64,000 bases of DNA from Phoronis australis (GCA_002633005.1 NMRA01000594.1:194541-258540); one strand, 5' to 3'; positions 13,903-28,375 are shown, numbered from the stretch's first letter. Numbers and translations: made by a program. The notes: generated from the letters alone by a model not told the origin.

Positions 13903-14439
13903 CTGGAAAACGGTGATTTTTTATTTTTGACGTATTATTACATATGTTTTTCATACTACAAAGCTCTAAACTCATGAGCAGGTTAATGTATTTCAAAAAC
14001 TACTCTATAAAAAGTACTGGAAATTGCATCGGGATTTGATCCTGGCATAGCTATTTTAATTCGTAAGCTACTCCTTTACCACTGCACTACAAGCACTGAT
14101 ACCAAGGGGTGCTCTACATATAGGAGAGTTCACTTGTGAATTCGCTGTTATCGTTACTACTAGCGCCGCCAAGTGGTGAATAAGCAATAGGCAAATTGGA
14201 AACGCAAGAACAATAGGGAAGGGCGCATTTTGCAGTGCCATAAATTGAACTAATTCATGGTAATATTGGCAATAACATTGATATTTCCAAAGTTGTAAAT
14301 CGATCCTCACGTACTCTCACTAATGATGAAACCTAGCATCTCGGAAGAGCTCTAAAATTCAGTCATCCTCCACGACAACTTGGCAACATTGGTGTTGATA
14401 AAAAACAGCTTTAAGACGAGTCTGCAAGGTCACACCATT

Positions 14440-14800
14440 ACAGACAAGAATCAAATTAAGCATTGGTTGCTTAAACTATTTTTCGCTACGTCTACAACCG
14501 CAGACACCACCCAGAACAAAACCTCTCCTCTAATGAATTAGTAGCATTTAAAACTCTACGTAATGACCCTAAAATTGTTATTCGTCGACCAGACAAAGGG
14601 AATGGTGTAGTCATACTTGATAAAATAGAGTACATCTCTAAAATGAATAACATTGTACTAGCTAATATGTGAATGGTTTATTTAGATGAGCTGACATTTA
14701 AAAGCTATGCCACCGATCTATCATTGTATTTCAAACGTTATGTTAATGACATTTTCCTAACTGCCATCACAGTCAGGCTAAGCCATTTCTTGAAAGCATG
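14440..14800 (+). mobile_element. Internally deleted Penelope-like fragment
   Basis: NLSSNELVAFKTLRNDPKIVIRRPDKGNGVVILDKIEYISKMNNI (PLE DKG motif) followed closely by YFKRYVNDIF (YxDD-like). Confidence 0.75.
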
Positions 14801-15529
14801 AAAACTTCCTGCCCAATTTTCTTAAGAGTTCGTGTAATGAATAAGCCAATAACTCCAGCAGAATTACATATTTTTCTAAAAAGTATTATTTCTGATACCT
14901 CAAATGAATATATTTTACAGAAAAATAATTGGGTGTGTGAAATTTATTATGATACCTTTTCTGAAAAACACACTAACTTTTTTGTTATATAATCTAAAAT
15001 GTGATTAAAATTCCACAATAAGTATCTCAATCTTAAAAACAAATTATAGACACAATCAACTCATTAACCCTGACTGTAGATTGTAAAATGTTGTTGTGTA
15101 AAAGCCTATCTGGTTACAAACAATGTTTGCAGTACGTAAATGCGGTAAATTGGGGTTTAGTGAATTGGCGGCCATTTTGGCAACCATTTTGTAAGCCATC
15201 TTCATTTTTTCTAGCCAACCAGTGACCAGTTGAAAGGTAGAGATATTTTCAATTGTCTAACTTACAAAAGAATAAAAAAATTGCCATTTTCAGGGCAAAA
15301 TATCAAAAAAATATCATGTCAGAAAGCAGTAAACACCGGTTTATGCGACCATTTTTTTCCGCCATCTTAAAAAACCGACTTCCTCCACTCCGATTTCGGT
15401 AGAATTTTTTTCTAGCACCAAGGGATAATTGAAGATGCCATATGTGCAAAAAAACTTCAGATGCAATTTTTTTCTAGGTTGGGCCCTCTGGAGCCCTAGA
15501 ATGACTGGACTATAAATGTGGTTAAGGTT

Positions 15530-18500
15530 AAGAATCACTGATGTTTTCTTTAACCACTTTAGAATACAGTATGAATAAATTGGTCAAAGTTTCAGAAGAA
15601 AAATGCACCTAATGACCCCATGAGTGCACCAAATGACCTGTGAATTTGAAGTGTTTAGCTCAAAATCTTACAACTAATAACCTTTCACCTGTTTAACGTG
15701 ATTGGATGACCCAATTACTTAGAAAAGTAATTTTTTTAAATTGCCTTATTGACTGATATCTGTGTAAATAATTTAAAAAGTATAGCTTTTAAAATAAAGA
15801 AGGAGTAGCAATTTGAAAATTACATGACCTTTGCACCAAATGTCCTACTCCGGTGCATTATGGAATATGATTATATTATGAACAAAAAAATTATGTACTG
15901 TCAAAAATCATATGCTGAATTTGAAAAACGTACCTGCACCCAATTCGAAGTTATTAAGTGTCAAAGTTGGTCGGAAGAAGAATAAGAATAAGAATAAGAA
16001 GAACTGGAAAGATTATTGTCACGGCGTGACAATAACGCACTCTGCGCGTGCGTATTACTGGAATTATTATGGGAATTTACTGACAGCAACCCGTTTACCA
16101 ATACGAAAAGGAATTCTTTAAAATTGTAGGAGAAATTACATATTCATTTTCGATAGCCTTTCCACTAATTGACCTCTTCCAGTGCATTATGAACCCCGAT
16201 GAGGGAGTAATTGTTAACTCTATTAAAAGTGTGGTTAATGCTAAAAATCACAGCAGTTTTACTTTAAGCACTTCAGAATATAAGATGAATGATTTGGTCT
16301 AACTTTCAGAAGAAAAATGCACCTAATGACCCCATGGGTTTACTAAATGACCTGAAAATATACAATTCAAACTCTATCGCACTTAGTAAACAGATATGTA
16401 ATTTTAAAGTCTCCAGCTTAAAATTTTAGTTTGCACTTCATGACTTTCGACCTAGGTTTGTGATTGGATAGGCCTATTGCATTGTAAAGTAGGACGTTCG
16501 ATTGGCATGGTGACCTACACCAGTGAGATGAACTTGAAAAGAATTCCTTGCAAAATGTAGGGATATAACATTTTGAACGTAAGATCACCTTTGCACTAAT
16601 TGACCCTATCCGGTGCATTATAAGCGTCTTCAGGAGAATCATTGCAAAGCCCGTGAAAAGTGTGTTTAATGCTGAAAATCACAGTTGTCTAACTGTTGAC
16701 ACGTCAGTATACTTGGTGAATGAATAGGACACATTTTCAGAAAAAAATGCATACAATGACCCCATGGTTGCACTAAATGACCTGAAACATCGTATTTCAA
16801 ATTGAATTAGACGTACCAATCAGACTTATGAATTTGAATTGTCTAGCTCAAAATTTTAGTTTGCACTATTGACCTTTTTTGATTGGTTAGGCCTATTGCG
16901 TAGGGTGTTCAATTGGCATGTTGACTTACCCCAGTGTGCTGAAATTTAAAAGAATTCATTGAAAAACGTGAGATATAACATTTTGACAGGTAGATGACCT
17001 TTGCACTAACCGACCCTATCCGGTGCATTATAAGCGTCTTGAGGAGAATTATTGCAAAGCCCATGAAAAATATGTTTAATGCTTAAAATCACAGTTGTCT
17101 AACAGTTGACTCATCAGAATACTTGGTGAATGAAAAGGTCAAATTTTCAAAAGAAAAATGCACCTAATGACCCCATATTTGCACTAAATGACCTGAAACT
17201 TTGCATTCCAAATTGAATTACCTGTGCCAATCAGACCTGTGAATTTCAAGTGTCTAGCTCGAAATGACCTTTTATCTGTTTAACCTGATTGGATGACCTG
17301 ATTACTTAGAAAAATATTTCTTTTAAATTTCTTTGTTGACTTATACCTGTGTACGGAATTTAAAAAGAATAGCTTTTCAAATAAAGAAGGAGCAGCATTT
17401 TGAAAATTATATGACCTTTGCCCCAAATGACCTCTTCCGGTGCAATATGGAATATGATTATATAACGAATCAAAATGTATGTACTGTCAAAAACCATATG
17501 CTGATTTTAAGGAATGTACCTGCAACCAATTTGGAGTTATTAAGCCTCAAAGTTGGTCGGAAGAAAAATAAGAAGAACTAGAAAGATTATTGTCACGGCG
17601 TGACAATAATGGACTGGAATTGTTATTGGAAAATACTGACTGCAAATCCGTTTACCAATACGAAAAGCAATTCTTGAAAATTATAGGAGAAATTACACGG
17701 TAATATCTTGATGACCTTTCCGTTAATTGACCTCTTCCGTGCATTATGAGCCCCGATCAGGGAATAATTTTGAACTCGATTAAAAGTGTGGTTAATGCCC
17801 AGAATCACAGATGTACTTAAAGCACCATCAGAGTACAAGATGAATGAATTGGTCAAACTTTCAGAAGAAAAATGCACCTAATGGCCCCATGGGAACACTA
17901 AATGTCCTGAAAATTTAGAATTTAAACTCAATCGCATTTAGTAAACAAATATGTAATTTGAAAGTCTCTAGCTCAAAGTTTTAGTTCGCACGCAATGACA
18001 TTTTACCTATTTATTCTGATAGGTTAAGCCTATTTCGTAGTAATGTAGGGTGTTTAATTGGCATGTTGACTTACACCAGTGTGCTGAAATTGTAGGAAAA
18101 GTTAAATTTTGAACGTTATATGAGCTTTGCACTAATTGACTCTGTCCAGTGCATTATTAGCCTCTTTAGGAGAATGAATGCAAAGCCCGTAAAAAGTGTG
18201 TTTCAAGCTGAGAATCACAGTTGTCTAACGGTGTACACATCAAACATGTCCGTGGTGAATGAAAAGGACAAATGTTCAGAAGAAAAATGCTCCTAATGAC
18301 CCCATACTTGCATCAAATGATCTGAAACTTTGAATTTAGATATGAATTTCATGTACCAATCAGATGTGTGAATTTAAACTGTCTAGCTCAAAATCTGAGT
18401 TTGCACTTAATGATCTTTGACCTCTTTAACCTTGTTGGATAACTCGATTTCTTAGAGAATTATTTTTAAATTCCCTTGTTGACTTATACCTGTGCATCGA

Positions 18501-18968
18501 ATTTGAAAAATATACCTTTAAAACTAAAGATAGAGTAGCATTTTCAAAGTTATATGACCTTTGTACCAAATGACTTCTTCCAGTGCATTATAAGCCTTTT
18601 TGGTAAAAGTATTGCGAAGTCCGTGTAACGTGTACTTTATGGTGAGAACCACAGCCGTCTAATTTTTTACACATCAGAATAGTTGGTAAATGAAAAGGTC
18701 AAATTTTCAGAAGAGAAATGCACCTAATGACCTTATAGTTGAATTCCAAAAGCCAATCAGATGTGTGAATTTGAAGTGTCTAGCTCATAATTTTAGTTTG
18801 GACCTAATGACCTTTGACCTGTTTAATCTGATTGGATGACTCGATTAATTAGGAAAGTATTTTTTTAAATTGTCATGTTGACTTATACCTGTGTACCGAA
18901 TTTGAAAAAGATAGCTTTAAAACTAAAGGAGGAGTAGCATTTTAAAAATTATATGACCTTTCCACCAA
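15530..18968 (-). mobile_element. Second block of the ~433-bp HINE satellite family, truncated
   Basis: Same monomers as 1-5097; 3' palindrome ttattgtcacggcgtgacaataa at about 16013 and 17587; stops abruptly at the CR1 fragment. Confidence 0.8.
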
Positions 18969-18969
18969 G

Positions 18970-20200
18970 TTTCCAGTTCGAAGGAAATTTTCCAGATTGT
19001 AGTATTTTGTTATATAATGTTGTCAAAGGAGCTGTATTGGTTATGAGATTGGTACCGTCGTTTTTGTTTTCGTCAATATTGTCTAGTAGTTTTCGGACTT
19101 CAGATGGCGGGCTCGTATGTCAGAGAGATGTTCTAATGTCTTGTTTGGGAATTCGGGAAAGCTTGTTGTTGGTGCAACGTGACTCTTGGCGGTGACGTAT
19201 TCTAAAAATAACTTACTTTTTTCAGCTTTGGGTGACGCCTGAGTGTTGGATTCCTTTGAGTGGATGGTGGGGTATGAAGATCGCTTTACTTGTCCTCGAA
19301 TTTTGTTTATTATATCCCAATATTCCTTTGAATTTTTGGGGACATTGTTGATGTTGGAGATAATTTTCATCTTATTGTCTTGTTTCGTCTTTTTAATTAT
19401 TTCTTCCACTCGCTTGCATTGTTCTTTGTAGCACTTAAAGGTGCACGGGCTATTTTGATTTTCTGAACGATTTGTACAGTTTGATTCTTTTATATATTTT
19501 AGTTTTGATGTTATTGTTAAACCACGGGTTGTCCTTGTTTTTTATTGTTTTCATGGTTGATGGGATATTATTATTTAGTTTGTTGTAGAGTGACTGTGTG
19601 AATGTTGAGACTGCGTCATTTATGTTACTTTTGCTCACTATTTCAGTCCAGTTAAATGTGGTTATGTCAGTGCGCAGTTTGTCGATGTTAATGAGGTTGT
19701 AAATCCAGATCTCATTGATAACGTCTGGTTCTTTAGGTAAGCAGTTCAGTGTGAATGATGTTTCTATAACGTGGTGATCCGAATTACCAATGGGAGGCCT
19801 TACAGAAATGGATTCAATTAATCCGAGAGTGTTAGTAATACATAAATCAAAGCAAGTATGTGAATACTCTTATAAACGTGTCGGTTCGTTTATTAGTTGT
19901 ACACAGTCATTTGAGAGGAGAATCTCGAATAATTCGAGACCAGCTTGGTTGTCATTGTCTTCTGAGTACCAAGTATTATTTCTTGCGTTGAAATCTTCTT
20001 TGATAACAATTGTTTTATTAGTTCGTGAGAGTTCTTGCAGTTGTTCTGCAAAGGTCTTGATGAAATGTGCTTTCCTGTAAAGGGACGTCAGTGAGGGTGA
20101 GCGATAGAAAAAAAACATAATATACCTTCTTGTGGTTGACATAAAGTTCAACCCAACAGTTATTCATTGATTGTATAGTTTTAGTATCAATTGTTTCGTA
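18970..20200 (-). mobile_element. CR1/L2-group LINE fragment: AP endonuclease plus linker, no RT
   Basis: FYRSPS, IVIKEDFNARNNTW (GDFN-like), QLINEPTR, CFDLCIT, PPIGNSDHHVI, PWFNNNIK, SKEYWDIINK. Confidence 0.8.
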
Positions 20201-20299
20201 ATTTACGGAGTTGTGGCATTACATTGCATAGAAGTTGCATCCTTTGTGTGAAAGAGAGAGATGTCCCTGGTAACTACTAAGGACCAAGAGTAAAGAGTA

Positions 20300-21752
20300 A
20301 GAATATCAAAGCAAAACTGCACCTAATGAGCCCAAAGTTTGTTATCGAAATTTCTTTACCAATGAAAATTATTTACCCGATTATGTAAGATCTAGCTAAA
20401 CATCACTTTTGCTCTTAATGACCTTTGACCTGGAAACTGGGTTCCCTTTATCCGATTTAAATTCCACGTAAATTTCGGGTGCATTTCTCAATTATCTGCT
20501 TGTTTTCGAAATTAGGAGAGGCAATCAAAAAACCTGTAGAAGAAGAAGCAATTTGACGGATTGCACTCCTTGACCCACTTCAGGTCATTCCGGTGCATTT
20601 TGAGTCATCAATGGACTGAGATTGGCAATTGGTTGAACCACGATAAATATGAACCATCTTCACAATGAATGGTGCAAGAGCGAGCTGAATTAAAGAGTCT
20701 TAAATTTAAAAGAAAACTGCATTTAATGACCCCATAGTTGCAACTAGTGACCCCAAAGCTTGTGACTGAATTGCCTTAATAAATGGTAATCATATGCATG
20801 ATTATGAAACGTTAGCTCAAAAATCACTTTTGCACTTACTGACCTTTGACCCGGTAACTCCATTTCCTTAAAACGATAGAAATTCTAAGTAAAATTCGGA
20901 AGAAAGGTCTCTAGTACCTGCTTATTAACAAAATTCGAAGAGACTATCTAAAAAGCAGTAGAAGCAGAAGTAATTTGACGGAATGCACTTCTTGACCCAT
21001 TTCGGGTTAATCCGGTGCATTTTGAGTCAAATCATGTGATCAGTAGAATTTGATCGGTTGAACCACCATGAATTTAAGTACAAGCTGATTGAAAAAGTTT
21101 TAATTTTAAAAGAAAAACTGCACTTAATGACCCCAAAGTTGCACCTATTGACCCCAAATTTTGTGACCGAACTTCCTTGATGAATGGTAATCATATTCAT
21201 GATTGCAAAAGGTCTAGCTCAAAAATTACTTTTGCACTTAATGACTTTTGACCCGGAAACTCAGTTCCTTCATCCATTATGAAATGCAAGTAATTTTCGT
21301 ATGCAGAACTCTATTGTCTACTTGCCACCAAAATTCGAAAAGTCTATCTAAACACCTCTAGATGAAGAATAGTTTTGTAAAAATGCACTCCATGACCCGT
21401 TTCGGGTCAATCCTGTGCATTTTGGGTCAAAACATTATAATCAGAAAAACACAATGATGAATCTATGAACCACAGTGAGTATGAATGTTGTTAGCGGATC
21501 GAAGTAAAAGTACTAATAATCTTAAAATGAAGGAATAATAATAATAAGAAGAAGAAGAATAAGAAGAATAAGATGATAAAATACGTAGAACAGTAAAACT
21601 CTGCGCTTGAACGCGCAGAGTAATACGAAGAACAAGAATAAAATTGAAGAAAACCCAGGAACAACAGTACTCTGCGCTTGCACCCGCAGAGTAATAAAAT
21701 TGAAGAAAACCCAGGAACAACAGTACTCTGCGCTTACACGCACAGAGTAATA
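20300..21752 (-). mobile_element. Divergent HINE subfamily with ~400-bp monomers and the same terminal hairpin
   Basis: aaaactgcacytaatgaccccawagtt-like motif at about 20313, 20713 and 21115; three ctctgcgc..gcagag hairpin termini at 21595-21750. Confidence 0.7.
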
Positions 21753-22158
21753 ACAAACTTGTTTATTTGATCCTGGAGACTCCTTTTGTATGGACATGAA
21801 AATGCACAAGGTACATTTTAACCAAACAAAGAAACTGTGTTCAAAAACAATTGAAAGCACATCATCACTTTCTTGCCAGGTTAGCCTTTTAATGTCGAAC
21901 CTGATAAATGGGTTCATTTTGATAGATACATTAACATGTAAATCATGTTGGTGGAAATACACCAAAAAACAAACCGGGATGATAGCGGTGTCTACCTGGG
22001 ACTAGGATATGATCAATTAATCTTTAACTACACCTGACATTCACCAATACAATTAGGGTGAGTGATGGATGTAAAATTGATGGCACGTTAATCAGTTTAC
22101 CTATACTGATGTTGAACCTAATCCTGTGAAGTAGTTTCCAAAATGAAAGTTTTGTTAC

Positions 22159-22355
22159 CTCGTCTCCATGAGAAAAGATGAAAAATAGCAACTGTTGGTG
22201 TCTTTTCTCTTTCAGCGTATTTTTCGTGTGTTGTACTATCTCTCGAATTCTCTCTAACGAACAATCACGATATCCTTCACCAGAGAGAACTTCATAGGGT
22301 CCAGTCAAAGTCTTCTCAAACAAATTCTTAACATTTTCTTCATCCATTTCAGAGC
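22159..22355 (-). CDS. Caspase exon with catalytic His (SHG)
   Basis: tatttcag|(G)SEMDEENVKNLFEKTLTGPYEVLSGEGYRDCSLERIREIVQHTKNTLKEKRHQQLLFFIFSHGDE|gtaaca; 197 nt, phase 1 to 0; SHG at 22165-22173. Confidence 0.93.
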
Positions 22356-23489
22356 CTGAAATAAGACCGACACAACTCTTTAAATGTCTAGCATACTCCT
22401 AAATATGAAGTAGGGACTAGATGCAATTTTCACCATAGACGGTTTGTGCAGGCATAGATTATAGACAACAATTTCGCAACTCCGATATTTTCTTGCGTAG
22501 TATCATAGAGGTGGAGCCACTATCCTAAATTATATGTTTCAGTTTCCGGTTAGTGTACTGTGACGGGAAATTCTCGCATCGACTTTACTGTCCAGTACAA
22601 CAAAAAAGTAATATCGGCATTGAAACGCTGTCCAAAGCCTTCCAATATAGTAGTACTGTTGATATTGTGAGTAGTTTTAGCAATGGTACAACCACCCGAA
22701 AACACAAGAGCTGACCATGATTAGCAGACTACGCTCTTGCCGGATATAAAACATCTTAATTTGGCCTGGTGTCGTTAGTGAATAACGACGTAACGGCTTG
22801 TGCCTTAGAGCACAAATTTCGTCTATTGAAAATATACGGTGTTGGCGGTCCATCTGCTTTAGTCTTTTAGACGACTCATATGCGAAAACGTGCAGCAAGT
22901 AGTGATATGCACCTAACGTGTACATACTAATATGCCACTTACACTACCATACCGACCACTCTATATTATAGGGTAATTCCGCAATAAACAGCGTGAAAAT
23001 ATCTCAAAATGTAATAAGAATTATCCAAAGTTTAATATCTCATGGTAGACTACCAATCGAAACTACCAACCTCACGGTAGTTTGTCCATGACTTTCACAG
23101 ATTCGACTGGCATTGGCAGTAAACGTGTATGTCCACGGTTTTGTCCACCAACCTTGAATACGTGTTCATACATGTATGTTGGTAGAGTAAAAACCTGAGC
23201 ACGTATAAATTTACGTATTGATATCATCACTTCATTTTCAAGTGCTTTCTTCATTATTTACTTAAGCTATATTTTCGTATTCATTTTGCACTTTTCGTAT
23301 CCACTCCCTGTCTGCACAAAAATCAGGATATCAATATAAATTATAAAGATTTCGACTACTGCTTTGAGGGCACACCTGTGTGAACGAAGATTGACCAACC
23401 GAGACTATAATTTTGAGACTGGGTACACCAAAGACAATAGAGTCGAGCTTGCTAGTGCGGCTGAACCTATGTTAACACACATGTTTGTG

Positions 23490-23533
23490 TAGGCAATGAC
23501 CATCGGGCCAACAGAGGCGATGGTCATTGCCTA
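23490..23533. mobile_element. 44-bp minimal TIR element with 9-bp target-site duplication
   Basis: atgtttgtg | taggcaatgaccatcg ggccaacagagg cgatggtcattgccta | atgtttgtg: perfect 16-bp TIRs, perfect 9-bp flanking direct repeat. Confidence 0.75.
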
Positions 23534-23672
23534 ATGTTTGTGGGCTCCCTGCAAGACCTGTAAATGGAAGAGCAGAAACCTATGCACGTGCTGGTGGCGC
23601 TTCGAAACATGGCAGGTGTGTTTTAGAATTCAAGAACATAGCCTGCAAAAATATCAGCCCTAAAGCCTAACC

Positions 23673-24400
23673 ATGGAAGTGAACACATTTATTCAAGGCA
23701 TGAAATCTACACTCCAGGACTCGGATATAAAGGGACTGTTCATTGAAATGTTTGAACGTACTCTCAATGAAGCCTGTATTCACTTAACCGAGGGGTGCAG
23801 AGATATGCTACAGAAACAAAAGGACGAAATTGACAGCCTAAATAGAAAACTGAGCGCACTGGAGGAGCGTTTAGACGACAGCAATCAATATTCCAGACGA
23901 AACTGCCTGATAATACATAGTGTAGAGGAAAATAATGGGGAGAACACTGAGGAGCTAGTCTTAAACATAGCCAAGAAGTTGGAATTTAACCTGTCTGTAA
24001 CTGAATTAGACCGCACCCACAGGCTGGGTGCTTTTAACAGAGATGCCAGGGGTAAACCTAGACCTGTCGTTGCTAAGTTTACTAGTTATCGTAAGCGAAC
24101 AATTTCTAAAGAAAAGATCGACACTTGCGGTTAAAGAGATGGATCAAGGGCGTGCCTCGGTGCGAAAAATATAAATCAACGAAAATCTCAAAAAGAGGAA
24201 AGCTGCTTTTTTGCAGAGACTCGCAGATTAGTGAAACAGGGACACATCAAGTCGCCATATATGAGAGATGGGAAGATCTTCATCAAGAAGATCAATGATT
24301 CTTATCAAGAAATGATGCGAATGAAACAAGTAAACGAGTTTGTGGAAGGTCTTTGGAAGAGTCAGCGCCAGACGCCAACGCCGGAACGGATTTTAAACTG
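23673..24400 (+). pseudogene. LINE ORF1 (coiled coil + RRM-type), frameshifted near 24100
   Basis: LEERLDDSNQYSRRNCLIIHSVEE..ELDRTHRLG..KPRPVVAKF; INENL downstream in another frame. Confidence 0.85.
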
Positions 24401-25208
24401 TGGGTAAAATGACGGCGTATGGTTATTTAATTTAGGTAGTCGTGCGGAATTGGGTTAATATTTTAGGCGGCGTTTAATTGTTTTGTATTAAATACGTTTG
24501 CGTAGAAATATCAGTGTTATCTTGTAATTTGATACTAATACTTTTACATGTATTTCATTTTAATCTGGTGTTTCAGTTTCTCTATTCAGCTATCTGCCTA
24601 TCTGCTTATTTAATTGCATTTTTTAAGTTTTAGTTCCAATTTGAATCTTTTCCTGGGCTAGTTATCGCTTGTAATTACGAGCTTTAAACTGATTTTTTTC
24701 TTTGTGCCAATGCTGAACATCTGGTACATGTAGTAACTAAATCAGGGTTGTAACCAATGGCTTGTGCTCTAATGCAGTGTTTTCATTCGGAGCGCGCTTC
24801 TATTGTTCTTCTATTGTTCTTCTATTGTTCTTCCTTTGGATTGCCATTCCATGGGGTATACCTTTATAAATACAGTAACTAGTCAAATGCCCAGGGCTTT
24901 AGCATGCACAGGATGACTGTCGATGCGGGCTGCCTTCTCAGATTCAGGGCTCCTGCCGTCTGCGGTATATGTTGTGGGCGCTGTTACAGCTCACTCATTT
25001 AGTGCTTGTTTTTTTTTCTTTGTTTTGATAGCTTTTTGACCATTGTGTTTCTTCTCTTATACGAGTTTTTATGTTCAACACTGTGCAAATATTCACTGGT
25101 AGCCTGTGCAGAAAAATTAATCAATCCACTTGAATACGTTAAATATTTAATGTCACTGAGAGCAGTACTTGAATTTAGTCGTAATCCACAAATTAAATTT
25201 CAACAAGA

Positions 25209-28200
25209 ATGGAAATTAAAACACTTTCTTTAAAGTGTCAGGGAGATTCCGGGAAAAGACTTGATGTTCTAAAGTACCTTAAAGATAAGTCATGCAATAT
25301 TTATTGTCTTCAAGACACCCATTTTGTGAAGGCTTTGGAGGATCAAGTCCAATTACAGTGGAAATTTTCGCTATTTCAGTTCATTCAAGAGTAATGCAAG
25401 AATAGTTGCAATAATGCTGAGTAATAATTTTGAACATCAAATACACGGTTGGAGAGGTGACAAAGTGGGAAATATATATTACTTGATATAACAATGGAGG
25501 GTGAGAGAATAACGCTTGTAAGCTTGTATGGTCCAAACGAGGACAAACCTGACTTTTTTGAACCTTTTTAAAGAAATTGAGAAGTTGAGTAATGAAAAAA
25601 TTATTGCATGTGGGGATATCAATCTTGTTTAAGACCAGTACAAAGACACGCGATACTATGAGCAACGCAATAATCCAAATGCCAGTGAGAAATTAGAAGA
25701 ACAAATGCAAATGTGGGACCTCGTAGATCCATTTCGGGAATTACTCCTGAATTCCAACCGTTATACATGGAAACGCAAAAATCCTTTAAAGCAGGCGAGA
25801 CAAGACTTTCTTACTTTCAGAAAATTTACTTCAATGTGTGTGTAAAATTAACATAATAAATAGTTACAGATCCGATCATTCAGGTGTCCTACTGAGTGTT
25901 AAATAAAAAACATTAAGAGGGAGAGGCTTTTGGAAATTCAACAATTCCCTGTTGAATGACTTGGAATATACTAAAAAAATTAAAGAAAAAATTACTGAGC
26001 TAAAACTTCAGTATGCTGTTCCAGTTTACAATTATCAAATGATCGATACGTTTCTAACATTGAAATTCAATTCGTAATTAATGACCAGTTGTTCTTAGAC
26101 GTTCTGTTTATGGAAATCCGTAACACCACTATAGACTAATCAATAAGAAGAAAAAACATCAATTATGACCGTGTTTTAGAAGAAGCCAAATAGGCTGGAA
26201 AGCAAAGACAACCTGACTGAAGGTGATCTAAGAACTTAAGAAGAAAAAAGACCAATTTACAAGAATTAAGAAGAGAAACTTTGAAGGGCTATGTTTTCCG
26301 ATCAAGAGCAAACTGGATTGAAAGTGGAGAACGCCCGATCAAGTATTTTTGCAACTTAGAATCAAGAATTTTTTTAGTAAATTGATATATACTATAGAAA
26401 CAGAAGAAGGAGAAACTATTACGAATCAAAAGGAAATTTTATGCGAGACGATAAATTTTTATAAGAACTTAATATTCTTCGAGGTGTGAGAGCGAAGAAA
26501 TGTTGAATAGTGTACTCGGACATTGTCGGTTCCCGGTACTTTCGGAGTTGGAGGGAATCCAACTAGAAAATGAAATTAATGTTGATGAATTCTTTGATGT
26601 TTTAAAAAATACAAAAAATGAGAAAAGTCCAGGCTCTGATGGCTTTACGATGGACATTTTGGAGTTCTTTTGGGAAGAAATAAAATATTTTGTATTGCGG
26701 CACATTAAATGTAGTTTTGAAAAGGGACAAATATCCACAACTCAATTGACTGGGATTATTACATGTATTCCAAGACAAGACAAGCCGAAACAGTTTCTGA
26801 AAAACTGGCGACCAATAACTTTACTGAATAGTGTATACAATCTGGCTTCGGGATGCTATGCAAACAGAATTAAAAGTTCTAGATAAACTGATTTCAAATA
26901 CCCAAACTGGATTTATTAAAGGAAGATTCATGGCTGAGGACACAAGACTAATTCATGATATTATGACGTATAGAGACAACTACAACATTCCAGGACTACT
27001 TTGTTGTTAAATTTTGAGAAGGTTTTTGCTAGTGTTTCCTAGGACTTTACATTCAAAGTCCTGAATAATTTCAATTTCAAAGCCAATATCACTCGATATA
27101 CCAGAACTTTTTATAATAAACCAATATCCCGTGTCATACAAAATGGATTTCTGTCAGACAACTTTATACTAGAACGCCGATATCAACAAGGTGATTCTCT
27201 CTCCACTTGTATTTTTATACTGTGTGCTGAAATTTTGTCCATATTGATTAAACATGATCCTGACGTGAAAGGTATTAAAATCGGCGACGAAGACTTCGTT
27301 ATAACACAACACAAAGATGACACAACTTTCACATTAGACGGAACTCCAAGATCCCTTGCAGCCATTATGAATAACCTAGAGTTCTCTGCAGGGATGTCGG
27401 GGCTGAAGATAAACTATTCTAAGACAAAAGTAGTGTGAATTGGAGGTAGAAAATTCTCTCAAGAAAAGTTTCACCGCACGCGTTGGAAACTAAAATGGGG
27501 TGACGTTGATTTTAAGCTTCTGGGTATTGATTTCAGCGTGAACTTGGATACCGTGTCCAAAGAGAACTTTGATACAAAAATAGTGGAAATGAAGTGTCTG
27601 ATTAATATATGGTCTCGTAGAAAGCTAACTATCTTTGAAAAGGTCACAGTATTAAAAACACTTGTGCTTCCAGCTTACTCAAATATTATTCAATTGTCAG
27701 TGCAATAAAAAATACCTGAAAACTAAAAAAGATATATGGACCACTTGTACCTAAAAAATATTATTTTGACGAAAAAGCGGTGTCGGGATTCTTAACCCAT
27801 TCTGTTCAAAAATGACATAATACCTTCGGCTCAAAGAAATTCGAAGTATTGGGATTTTCGCCGTCACGGAAGATGTGGAACTTCTAATGCAAACTTCCAT
27901 ATGAAAGTACGAATGACACCAGCTTACCTTTCATTCAGTTCCGCTTACTGCACAGAATTCTACCTACTAACTACTTTTTAAATAAGATTAGATACGTGGA
28001 CTCAATTTTTGTCCTTTTTGTAAATGCTTTCCCCAAATTCTAGAACATTTTTTTCTTTGAATGTGAATATGTTAATTCTTTCCGGCACGGGGTACATGTA
28101 CGTCTCTGGTTAACGACTGCAGTGCAAGTAAATTTTGAAATAGACAAAACCACCATAATATTTGGTCTTCAAAACTAAAAAAATAAAATTTTGAATTGCT

Positions 28201-28375
28201 TTCTTTTACAAACTAAAATTTTTATTTTTAAAATGAAATTTGCAAACGTCAAACCTAATTTAGGATGTCTCAACAAATTTTTGAATGAGTGTTTTAATGT
28301 TGAAGTTAGTGCTTCGTTAAACACACGGAAATTTTTATGATACAAAAAAAGAAGAAGATTGGAAAAGTGTTTTTG
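25209..28375 (+). pseudogene. LINE ORF2 (APE + RT) with many stops and frameshifts
   Basis: IYCLQDTHF, SLYGPNEDKPDFF, YRSDHSGV, KSPGSDGFT, KNWRPITLLNSVY, QGDSLS, QHKDDTT, FQFRLLHRILPTN, LEHFFFEC-like tail. Confidence 0.9.

Noticed and set aside
22024-22158. C-terminal part of the 107-aa ORF
   Set aside because: Intron read-through past the donor at 22158
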